A DNA stretch of 64,000 nucleotides from positions 32,001 through 96,000 of the IMG/VR virus record IMGVR_UViG_3300032516_002690; one strand, written 5' to 3'. The notes below the pieces were generated by a model that saw nothing but the letters and a program-made list of their open reading frames with translations, was not told where the DNA came from and searched no databases. This stretch comes from a virus. Numbering within the stretch: the stretch's first letter is position 1; every line of letters starts with the position of its first letter. Shown one piece after another: positions 9,201 through 16,961 of this stretch. Made by a program: the position numbers and the translations under genes.

Positions 9201-9538
9201 GGTCTGAAGTAAGGCTAAATCTACTAAAGAATCAGTACAAAACAAGAACGCCCTACGCGCTTAAGTCTGAAGCTGAGACGGTCAGTGATTGGATTGTGAG
9301 TAAGCCTGAAGCCGACAAACTCGGCATTATACGTCGACTCATGGCCAAAGGCATGACGAGTTCTTCAGATGTCTATAGCATTATCACCGTACAGTCGCTG
9401 ATTGCGCGTCACGAAGAAGCAGTAGGCGCAGATCAAAAAGAAGAGGATGCTAGAGTCGCTGCACTTAATCCGCCCAAGGAGATATCGTTCCGTGAAGCTC
9501 CGGCAAGTGCGGTAGATCCAATGGAAGGGCTAGGTTGA
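6170..9538 (+). CDS. DNA primase-helicase (CHC2 zinc finger, TOPRIM, C-terminal P-loop NTPase)
   Basis: CPYHPDTNPS...CFAC zinc finger; VEGEHD and IGDDDAAG TOPRIM; AQFESGKTT Walker A and VAVLDE Walker B. Likely start MAKQ at 6170. Confidence 0.85.
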   Translation: MAKQEKGPKTPKFDPTELRKLWKQPTENWMTLLNTVGAQQVKPAGHTIKLQCPYHPDTNPSGTLNIYKGHFKCFACNTYITDPIKFASKYIPGSYMDVARMFRDHFKIEKLDLKKLDATELEQHRMKLLSEVFHRYLCNVWVADKAPQSAVSTVTWLKNRGLTSVDMLGCIGMLPTSVDLQKLCAQAGANEDDILWCMRLVGDYLNVTYMNCVVYAYGLSPDKLTAFKLRIPGPDKESVRFIKAVDTAELGAFGLNVSAFYKHYSSEKVTRFTAVEGEHDALAIIQGMLTHCADVDEVIIALGGAGHSGVDFMTDLGFSECRLIGDDDAAGDLYPTSVLPKTRDIAIQVFKWPQRIRNHVPGKIDPDEAIKIHGFDVVYREFCNPKNYEFATRWCADRAKLKIAVIHPDNVIGLQEVATEFTGYLKNDTERQVFAEEFNKICPSLPASEILRHTRLKDDSSLGFVEKIKDWMGETYQTTTWDSHTGVLKLWNKKLKQYLYVQVNKDSAMTQFARYTSKGSMYYWARDEIGLPSYFPDVEAPDAGQTALDKTEDMIEDAVQRAYRMLSAESVDEAKTRVKGQGIHLDHTQNGAPGYFINGNSIYKLKWSPDFSKLAAVTELEGPFDNGQVFDLEHRYNLIDDMRIGWTELIKSPKDLMQRPVYSPFECFQKVHKLINLGFEFKNQEVDALYCAGLVFYNYLYDVMPMRRMLTHFYAQFESGKTTLLSVTSNHPQLREFSLCDHALALDTFTQAAFYQTFTNTRLVAVLDEMNDPDDGSIESRNRKLFYQRTRSLATSGSTTLNQGTVDGKGRSFNIANTVITASGTPIHDPMDESRFNTVNLKKNANRNNVRLLLRAAFTATEIQDLRLSILINAITLAPNVATQYAYLYDRYGSRREADAKGTTTIQNVDRFTENLMPMAAILNVFGQDGQKFIDKYRDTRKQQVYERAHSTPGHALIDTILTSSIPSREEENQMTTIKALLLHPHDREKINNTKVGVYYDDACKCLGVVWSEVRLNLLKNQYKTRTPYALKSEAETVSDWIVSKPEADKLGIIRRLMAKGMTSSSDVYSIITVQSLIARHEEAVGADQKEEDARVAALNPPKEISFREAPASAVDPMEGLG

Positions 9539-12500
9539 TGACTGACCCCGTAAGTAAGGGACAGATTTGCAAAGGCTGTCCGAGATACGAAAACCGCCGT
9601 TGCGGTAGTGGTGATAAAAGCGGGCATGTTCAAGTCCTATTTATCGCGGAACAACCTGACGACATATCGGCGAGCACCGGGACGGCAGGTACTCCGTTTA
9701 GGGGACACGGCGGCAAGGTTGTACGTTCGGCGTTAGACTTTTTGACGCGCAAATATCCCAAATACGCGCCTATTACTTATGCGTTTACTTATGCGGCGCA
9801 ATGCGTATCCCTGGACGACAGCGCGCCCAATAAAGAAGTACTGCATCACTGCCAGCCTAATGTGCAGAGCGTGATCAAGCAGTTCGAGCCTAAAGTCATT
9901 GTGGCGATGGGTGCGACGGCTTTACGCCAGCTGGGTGCTAAGCAGCAATATAGTGATTCGCGCAACAAGTTTCTCAAGCACTACAGCTACGAAGCCCCTA
10001 TCTATGTATCTTTCAGTGAAAAAGCACTGTTAGCGGCACCAGGCGTCTTCGAAACATTCAAGCTCAATTTAACCAATATATTTGATCGTGTCCTAAATGC
10101 TAGCGTGCCGCAACTTAGCCTAGATGAATTGGCTAAGTGTTATCTGGTGCCTAAAACTATGGACGAGGCCTTAGAGGCCTGTGACATGATTATGCGTTAC
10201 ACAAGCGGCAACTTAAGCGCGGCGGATTCACACATATCCGTGGATACCGAGACAAATACGCTATACGCCGAAAAGGCTACCTCTAAGATCATCGCATTTT
10301 GTTTCGGGTATGATGACGGCAAGGCAGCCACATTACTGTACGACCACCCCAACGCCGGCGCGGAATATCTCCGTAGGCTCCCGGAGCTTACTGCTAAAAT
10401 CAAAGAACTACTTGCGTGCCGTAAACCCAAGATATTCCATAACGCCAAATTCGATTTGAAGTTCATAGAGCTCAAGTACGGCATGCCTGTGAACGAAGTG
10501 TTTTGGGACACGCTCCTGGGAGAGCATTTGCTCGATGAAGACAAGAAGGGCAATTATGGCCTGAAAGTCCTCACAGCAAATCATATACCCCAATACGGAG
10601 GTTACGAGGATAAACTCTATGATCTTCTAGAAGAGAACGAAATCGTCTCTAAAGCAGATGAAGCGGGCAAAGAGCTAGAAGACCTACGCAAGATTATTGC
10701 GACGGAACATCCTGGCTTTCTCAAACAACTCGAAGAATACAAAGATGCTCTCGTCATTTACGAGGTTGAGAAAGTTAAATACGACGCAGCTATGCGCGAA
10801 CACGCCCTGGCCGTCGAAGACTATCACTTCTGCAAAGACTATCTAGCGGGGCAGCAAGCTGCTTGGGCTGTCGCTATAGCTAGCTGGGAGAAAGGTAAAC
10901 GCGGGCGGCCCAAGAAGCCCGTCAAGTGGTTTACTAAGCCGGAAAAACCTGAGACGCTGAAAGAGCCGAAGCACCCTAAAGATCCGCGTACCAAGAAAGA
11001 GCAGCAAATTAGCAAAGACGCGGGCTTTGAAAATATTCCCGTACATGACCTGCAAATCTACGGCGCAGTCGATGGTGACGTAACACGCCAACTTGCTAAT
11101 ATACAGCTTCGACGTATTTTCGTTGAGCGGTCTAAAGTACGTCCCCTAATGCGTACGCATGCTATTCCGGCGTCTCGCGTATTGGGCCGTATGGAATACG
11201 AAGGCATGCGCGTTGATCAGGCGTATATCGGCGTACTCGAAGAAGCGCTTTCGATTGTCGTTCACGATACCGAGCAAGAACTCCACCAAATGGTGGCTGC
11301 TACAAAGCCGCCGGGGCTCAAGTCGTTTAGCCTCAATGGCGCGCAGACGCTGGGCAATGTCTTGTACAACTGGGGCTGGGTACACCCCAACGGCAATAAA
11401 CAAGGCGCCTACGAAGTTCGTGCTGTCACTAAGACAAACCAGCCGAGCACTTCTGAGAAAGTGCTGCGACAGTTTGTCAGCTACGAAGACGATAAAAAGA
11501 CCATCCCTACAGAGTCCGCGTACTTTATCGAGCGGCTATTGCGTTACCGCAAGGCAAGCAAGGCTCGCAATACATTTTTAGCGAATGTCCGTGCACTATC
11601 TAAGCGCGACGGGTTTCTGCATACGCAATTTCATCTGAACGGAACGGGGACGGGAAGGCTCAGTTCCAGTGACATGAACATGCAGAATGTTCCCAAGTAC
11701 CTCGCGGGGTGGAACCTCAAGAAGCTGTTCATACCGGACTCCAATGAATATTTCATCGTCAACGTCGACTACAAGGGCGCAGAGGTTCGCGTCTTTACAG
11801 CCTACGCACGCGACGAAGCGCTGATCAAAGCCCTCAATGAAGGCCTAGATATGCACAGCTTTTTCGCTGCGCAGGTATTCAAGCGTCCTTACGAGATGTA
11901 CGCGCGCCGAGATGATGCGACGTTCATACCCGACAAAAACCTGCGCCGCCTGCTGGATGTAGAGCGCTCCAATATCAAACGCGTGGTATTCGGAATTCTC
12001 TACGGAGCAGGCCCAGAGAAAATCTCGGAGACCATTGGCGTCAGCGTAGAGGAAGCTAAGGCGCTTATCGGGCTGCTCTATCAGATGTTTCCTGAGATTC
12101 AGAAATACGCTGAAATCGTCGAGCTGGAAGTTGCGAAGAACCATTTCGTAGACACCCACTTCGGACGCCGTAGACGGTTCCCGCTTGCTGCTATCGCGCG
12201 ACACGCCGGCCGCGCTAAGCGTCAGGGTCGCAACTTCAAAATACAATCTACAAGCTCTGATATCGTACTTGGACAGCTCATCGAAATGGACGCGCCCTTG
12301 CGTTCTGAATTCGGTGGGCGCATGTTGCTTACCGTGCATGATTCGCTGGTATTCCAATTCCCGAAGAAGTACATTCACCAGCTAAAGCCGTTTGTTAAAG
12401 AGTATGCAGAGGCGCGCGTAACCAAGAAGTATCCGTGGTTACCTGTACCTTTCGCAGCTGACGTAGAAGTCGGTGACAATTACGGTGAGTGTCAGTCCAT

Positions 12501-12606
12501 CGAGAAGTACCTAGCACAGCACCCTATTATCCTTCAGGAAGAAGGGATTGTAGAAGAACATGAGCTCCTCACAGAACTCCGACTTGACGCATTTGAAGCA
12601 GCTTGA
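9538..12606 (+). CDS. polA: family A DNA polymerase with N-terminal UDG-like domain and 3'-5' exonuclease
   Basis: Exonuclease motifs VDTET, HNAKFD, YGAVD. Polymerase motifs TGRLSS, DYKGAEVR (A), KRVVFGILYG (B), TVHDS (C). N-terminus CKGCP...FIAEQP...PFRGHGG...PKVIVAMGATA is family-4 UDG-like. Confidence 0.95.
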   Translation: MTDPVSKGQICKGCPRYENRRCGSGDKSGHVQVLFIAEQPDDISASTGTAGTPFRGHGGKVVRSALDFLTRKYPKYAPITYAFTYAAQCVSLDDSAPNKEVLHHCQPNVQSVIKQFEPKVIVAMGATALRQLGAKQQYSDSRNKFLKHYSYEAPIYVSFSEKALLAAPGVFETFKLNLTNIFDRVLNASVPQLSLDELAKCYLVPKTMDEALEACDMIMRYTSGNLSAADSHISVDTETNTLYAEKATSKIIAFCFGYDDGKAATLLYDHPNAGAEYLRRLPELTAKIKELLACRKPKIFHNAKFDLKFIELKYGMPVNEVFWDTLLGEHLLDEDKKGNYGLKVLTANHIPQYGGYEDKLYDLLEENEIVSKADEAGKELEDLRKIIATEHPGFLKQLEEYKDALVIYEVEKVKYDAAMREHALAVEDYHFCKDYLAGQQAAWAVAIASWEKGKRGRPKKPVKWFTKPEKPETLKEPKHPKDPRTKKEQQISKDAGFENIPVHDLQIYGAVDGDVTRQLANIQLRRIFVERSKVRPLMRTHAIPASRVLGRMEYEGMRVDQAYIGVLEEALSIVVHDTEQELHQMVAATKPPGLKSFSLNGAQTLGNVLYNWGWVHPNGNKQGAYEVRAVTKTNQPSTSEKVLRQFVSYEDDKKTIPTESAYFIERLLRYRKASKARNTFLANVRALSKRDGFLHTQFHLNGTGTGRLSSSDMNMQNVPKYLAGWNLKKLFIPDSNEYFIVNVDYKGAEVRVFTAYARDEALIKALNEGLDMHSFFAAQVFKRPYEMYARRDDATFIPDKNLRRLLDVERSNIKRVVFGILYGAGPEKISETIGVSVEEAKALIGLLYQMFPEIQKYAEIVELEVAKNHFVDTHFGRRRRFPLAAIARHAGRAKRQGRNFKIQSTSSDIVLGQLIEMDAPLRSEFGGRMLLTVHDSLVFQFPKKYIHQLKPFVKEYAEARVTKKYPWLPVPFAADVEVGDNYGECQSIEKYLAQHPIILQEEGIVEEHELLTELRLDAFEAA

Positions 12607-12631
12607 AACGAAGACATTCGATAAGTACGGA

Positions 12632-13123
12632 ATGACGTTTATGTACCACGTGTCGACAACGCATGTCGACGAGTGGGTTTCGCATATTGTTACAGATACT
12701 GAAGGTAAACCCGCACGACAAGAGTGGAAGCAAACGGGTGAGGTACTTAAAGTCAGCGAAGTAATCGACGCTGTACTAAAGGACGACGGGCGTTGCCAGA
12801 TAGCCCGACCTATCTTCTTGTACTCGACAGCGGATGGGCCTTTGCTGGCCATCGCGCTGAAAAACAGCCAGGAATACGTCGAACTGCTAGATCCCTGCAT
12901 TGTTGTCTACGACGGCAAGAGCCAGTTAAATCTCGTGCCTATTTTCGGAGTCAGTCGCATATTAACCGTAGCACGGACGGCTATACGCTCGTGGCAGGCT
13001 CCGAACGAATTGCTGCTCGCAGCATACCCTAAATTTCTAATCCAGAATCGCATGTACAAGTATCAACTACGTCCTCTTGTACCCTTCGTTACTACGCCTG
13101 AATTGACCAACGACGGCACGTAA
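12632..13123 (+). CDS. hypothetical protein
   Basis: ORF 12560-13123; first ATG after the polA stop is at 12632. Confidence 0.7.
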   Translation: MTFMYHVSTTHVDEWVSHIVTDTEGKPARQEWKQTGEVLKVSEVIDAVLKDDGRCQIARPIFLYSTADGPLLAIALKNSQEYVELLDPCIVVYDGKSQLNLVPIFGVSRILTVARTAIRSWQAPNELLLAAYPKFLIQNRMYKYQLRPLVPFVTTPELTNDGT

Positions 13124-13152
13124 AACATACACATTTCTGGTACAAGTAGATA

Positions 13153-13297
13153 GAGCAGCAACTCTAGATTATCCCTGTTTCCTCCTAGTTACAGGTACTC
13201 GTTACAATGCCTGCACGGGCCGCGGGTTCCTAACCTGTTCCCCCCGCGCGTGAGGTAGGTGTGGCCAGGCACCGAATAATCTGTTGAGTTGCTGCTC
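13153..13297. ncRNA. candidate structured non-coding RNA closed by a 12-bp perfect inverted repeat (retron msr-msd-like topology; strand unresolved)
   Basis: Pairings: gagcagcaactc 13153-64/gagttgctgctc 13286-97; agattat 13166-72/ataatct 13276-82; cctgt 13174-78/acagg 13191-95; tgcctg 13208-13/caggca 13266-71; cacg 13214-17/cgtg 13249-52; cgcggg 13221-26/cccgcg 13243-48. It fills the gap between two convergent genes. Confidence 0.6.
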
Positions 13298-13301
13298 GTC
13301 T

Positions 13302-14972
13302 CTAAGCCCCGTTGTACGTAAACATCGGGTCCATCGACATAAACTTGGCAGCCATCCAGCCGAATATTTGGCCATGCAGACAGTCGTCGGGTTGTGACGG
13401 TGCATGCCGCCACACCTTACGGCCCTGTAGCGTGACCTCTTCGTATTCATTTAGCAGGTCTTTAATCGGAATCTGCATGCTGCGTATATTGGGAAATATA
13501 ACGCCTCGACGTTTCAAATACATAAAATAATGGTCGATCATGGTCGTACGTTCAGCCATAAATCGATCTGTTCTATTCCAATAGAACGGGCGTGAATTAC
13601 CTCCACCGCCGCCACTTGCGGTACCGCGATACTGCACTTGCATAGCACGATGAGGACCGAGACGTTCGCGCAAATTGGAGTTAGCTAATGCGCCCTCGCC
13701 GGCGTCTCCAATAATAAGGGATACGTTGAATCGATTGCAGATATCGACAATGTGATCTATGACGCCGCCGGATATAGGGTTTGTTTCCGGATATATCTTG
13801 AAATACAGAGTACGCAGTTTGAAATTGTGTTCGGTGGTCCCGCTGGTGACACCCCATACCCACAGCACCGTGCGGGACGTGGCGTTCTGTCCTCCTCCAG
13901 ACCAATCAACGCCAGCCACGACACTGCGGACATCCGACATGAGTAAATTGTGCGTGGGGTATTCTTGGACTTCGTATTCCTCACACATGCTCTCTAGTTC
14001 TTCTTTAGACAATAGGCGCGTGCCGATAGCATCCGATGTGCCCATTACCTCGTTCTTGAACTTGGAGGGTGGGTAAACGCTGTGCTTATCGAGAATACGT
14101 TTCCAGCGACTATAAGCAACATCCTGGTTCTTTTGATCTGAAGGCATCGAAACAGGTACGTTTTTAGGTAGAATTACCTGCGGTACGTGAAAACCCTTGA
14201 TGCGTTTACCTTCAAATCCTTTGGGGTAGACGTGCATGTCCACCCACTCCCCGTTACGGACGTTGAGGTATTTACCGCATTTCAAACATATAGGCCCTAA
14301 TTTACCCAGGCATTTTTCATCAACAAAGAATTGATGCGTATTACAAGCTTGGCATTTAACAACCCACTCAGTCTGCGTACTCCACTGCCACAACTGCTCA
14401 ATGGTGTTCTCCATTGATTTAGGCGTGCCGCAGTACGTCTCGTACGCGTAATCCGAGTTAGCCATACATTCGTTAATAACGGGTATTACCTCGTCATATA
14501 AAATATCCTGAACCTCATCGTAAGCTACGCGGTCTGCTGATACACCGCGTGCGCGGTCGGGGTCATCACTCGCATACGAGAAAGCCAACTCTGACCCGTT
14601 GGTAAACATTTTCTGATAAACGCGACTTGATAGTTCTTTTGAGACCCAACGCTGCCTGATATCAGGAGAGTAAAATATAGTCTTCCCGACACGGGTTTGT
14701 GAGAACTTGGTCGTTTGTTCCTGACTAGGTGCTATGAAAAAACTCTTCCAGTGGGGCGTGCTACATGCCTCCATGATCAGGAAGTTTGCGAGTGTGGTGC
14801 TCTTTGCAACCTGTCGTGCGGTCTTCAATAACATTGCCGGATATATGTTATTGTACACGTGTCGATAGAATGGAAAATGTTCTAACGAGAATGGTTTTCC
14901 ATCGAGATGCAAAAGAGTAGTCACCCACTCTGACCGACGTATCGATAACTCTGAAAAATCATTCGAAGTCAT
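13302..14972 (-). CDS. terL: terminase large subunit (GpA-like)
   Basis: LLKTARQVAKSTT (Walker A), VAYDEVQD (Walker B), GTPKS, CxxC pairs, and nuclease motifs GVDWSGG and PDDCLH. Confidence 0.9.
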   Translation of the reverse strand: MTSNDFSELSIRRSEWVTTLLHLDGKPFSLEHFPFYRHVYNNIYPAMLLKTARQVAKSTTLANFLIMEACSTPHWKSFFIAPSQEQTTKFSQTRVGKTIFYSPDIRQRWVSKELSSRVYQKMFTNGSELAFSYASDDPDRARGVSADRVAYDEVQDILYDEVIPVINECMANSDYAYETYCGTPKSMENTIEQLWQWSTQTEWVVKCQACNTHQFFVDEKCLGKLGPICLKCGKYLNVRNGEWVDMHVYPKGFEGKRIKGFHVPQVILPKNVPVSMPSDQKNQDVAYSRWKRILDKHSVYPPSKFKNEVMGTSDAIGTRLLSKEELESMCEEYEVQEYPTHNLLMSDVRSVVAGVDWSGGGQNATSRTVLWVWGVTSGTTEHNFKLRTLYFKIYPETNPISGGVIDHIVDICNRFNVSLIIGDAGEGALANSNLRERLGPHRAMQVQYRGTASGGGGGNSRPFYWNRTDRFMAERTTMIDHYFMYLKRRGVIFPNIRSMQIPIKDLLNEYEEVTLQGRKVWRHAPSQPDDCLHGQIFGWMAAKFMSMDPMFTYNGA

Positions 14973-14999
14973 TGACTGTTGAACCTACGGTAGGAATTT

Positions 15000-16280
15000 A
15001 TGGCTGATAAGAAAGATATCACGCAACCTTGGGAAAAGCTCGGTATTGGACCCACGGGCATGGGGCAGATACCAAAAATCCTCAACATTGTGTGGGCTAT
15101 GCAAAAGAAGCTCACCGTGTGCTTGGTTGGCGAAACAGGAATCGGTAAGACTCCGATCGTACACCAATGGTGTAAAGAAAAGGGCGGGTTTATGTATCCG
15201 CTCAATTTTGGACACATGTCGCAAGAGGAAGTGTCCATGATCATGTTCACTGAAAAGGGCGATACCTTCGACTTCGTACCGCCGCAGTGGATGCATGACC
15301 TCAATACACAGGCGGAGCAAAAGGGCTGCGCTGTGCTGTTTCTTGACGAGTGGAATCGCGGCGATAAGGCCATGGTTAACGCGCTATTCACGCTTACCGA
15401 TGAGCGTCGGGTACACAACTTTCAGTTACACCCCAATGTTTTGGTAGTTGCTGCGATGAATCCCAGCGATGGCAGCTACCTGGTCAATGAAGCTGAAAAG
15501 GACCATGCTATCCGCAAACGCCTGAATTTCGTGTACTGCGTGCACGACCTACAGGCATTCTTGGAGCATACAAAAGCTGCCGGCTGGCATCCGCTGGTAC
15601 CTGCGTTTATCAAGGCTGCGAGCACGTACCTCTACGACGTAGGCGCGCGTGATGCCGGCAAGGCCTTTGCCTGTCCTTCAAATTGGGAGAAGGTCTCGGG
15701 CATTATGAAGGCCGCCAAGAAGGCTGGCGTAGACTACGCCGACGGTGCTGTCTGCAGACTTGTCGAAGGCCAGATTGGTTCTCATGCAGCTGAGAAATTC
15801 ATGGAATTCGTACAGGACCAGAATACGCTTATCCAGCCGTCGGAAATACTGAACGAGTACACGTACGGCTCAGCGGTGCGTGGCCGTGTTGCGGCTATTC
15901 TCAATTGCGCCATTGACAAGGACACCAAGAAGTTCGTCGAGAAAGAGAACAAGCAAAAGACACGTGCCAGCGTTATTAGTGATGTCAGCAAGGGTGTGGC
16001 AATCGAATTGTTCAGCTTGAACCCGGAGCCTTCTGTTGTTGCTCCGCGACTCGCGTTGTTTATGCACGACCTACCCAATGAGCTGCTTCAGACACTCACA
16101 ACTAGCCTCGGTGAACAGTGCAGGGTTAAGGGTACAGACGGGGATAAATACCTCGGTCGCTTGTCCCAGAGTCTTGCAAAGATACCGGAATACAAGGGGA
16201 AGATGAAATTCATCATGGATACGATGCGCGAATACCGCGTCCGTGCAAACATGGTGACCGACGCAGACCCAATGGCTTGA
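15000..16280 (+). CDS. MoxR-like AAA+ ATPase
   Basis: GETGIGKT, LFLDEWNR, VVAAMNP and AIRKRL. Confidence 0.88.
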   Translation: MADKKDITQPWEKLGIGPTGMGQIPKILNIVWAMQKKLTVCLVGETGIGKTPIVHQWCKEKGGFMYPLNFGHMSQEEVSMIMFTEKGDTFDFVPPQWMHDLNTQAEQKGCAVLFLDEWNRGDKAMVNALFTLTDERRVHNFQLHPNVLVVAAMNPSDGSYLVNEAEKDHAIRKRLNFVYCVHDLQAFLEHTKAAGWHPLVPAFIKAASTYLYDVGARDAGKAFACPSNWEKVSGIMKAAKKAGVDYADGAVCRLVEGQIGSHAAEKFMEFVQDQNTLIQPSEILNEYTYGSAVRGRVAAILNCAIDKDTKKFVEKENKQKTRASVISDVSKGVAIELFSLNPEPSVVAPRLALFMHDLPNELLQTLTTSLGEQCRVKGTDGDKYLGRLSQSLAKIPEYKGKMKFIMDTMREYRVRANMVTDADPMA

Positions 16281-16961
16281 TCAGCAGCTCTTGAAAGGCG
16301 CGATTTGTCGTTCGCGCATCTGAAGGCGTTTGTCAAAATAAATCTGCACAGCAGCTAGCCGTGCGAGCTGAACACCTTCGGTGGTTTCCGGGTAAGGCGC
16401 GTCTAGTAAGGCTTGTCCTCTAGGCGCGTCTGCCCATGCTTTGTGCATGGTGGCTGCTAATTCTTTAGCTCCCTTTGGCAGGAGCTTCGCTAGCTCTACT
16501 GAAGCCATTTCGAGCGTTGGCGGTGCAATAGCAAAGCCTTCGCGGTATAGCTGTACGGCTGTATAACTGATTGGCTCTCGGTCGAATTCCAATGTCTCTT
16601 TTTCATACTCTTGATGTATGAGATTAGCCTCAAATACAGCCCAATTGATGTAGACCACGGGCGCGTCCTCTACGCCCATGTACGTAGGTTCCTCGTTATT
16701 GAACGCGATGCACGTTGCTTCGAAAGCATTCGCGTCGTACCAAAAACGCCCTGTGGTGAGTAGAGAACGAGCGGCCATGATCTGCGAGCGATTGCCAATA
16801 GGCACGTCTACTTTTTGATGATTTAGCTCAATCCAGAGAGTCTGCGGTTCCCAGTTGAGCCAGTCGTTATCAAATAGGCAAAACATGGCTTTCATGCACG
16901 CACTCGCGCACGTCTCATCGAGCCGCAAAGCTTCGCGCGCTAATTTGTCGTGCTCACCCAT
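16281..16961 (-). CDS. hypothetical protein (probably virion/head assembly)
   Basis: ORF 16281-16976; ATG at 16961 overlaps the upstream - strand gene. Function is inferred from context only. Confidence 0.65.
   Translation of the reverse strand: MGEHDKLAREALRLDETCASACMKAMFCLFDNDWLNWEPQTLWIELNHQKVDVPIGNRSQIMAARSLLTTGRFWYDANAFEATCIAFNNEEPTYMGVEDAPVVYINWAVFEANLIHQEYEKETLEFDREPISYTAVQLYREGFAIAPPTLEMASVELAKLLPKGAKELAATMHKAWADAPRGQALLDAPYPETTEGVQLARLAAVQIYFDKRLQMRERQIAPFKSC

Noticed and set aside
10620-11030. Intein in PolA (also considered for terminase and primase)
   Set aside because: No C/S...HN-C/S/T splice junctions or LAGLIDADG motifs.
13189-13450. Short - strand ORFs (74 and 82 aa) covering the structured element
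   Set aside because: They start inside terL in other frames and lack SD and motifs; the nested base-pairing explains the region better.
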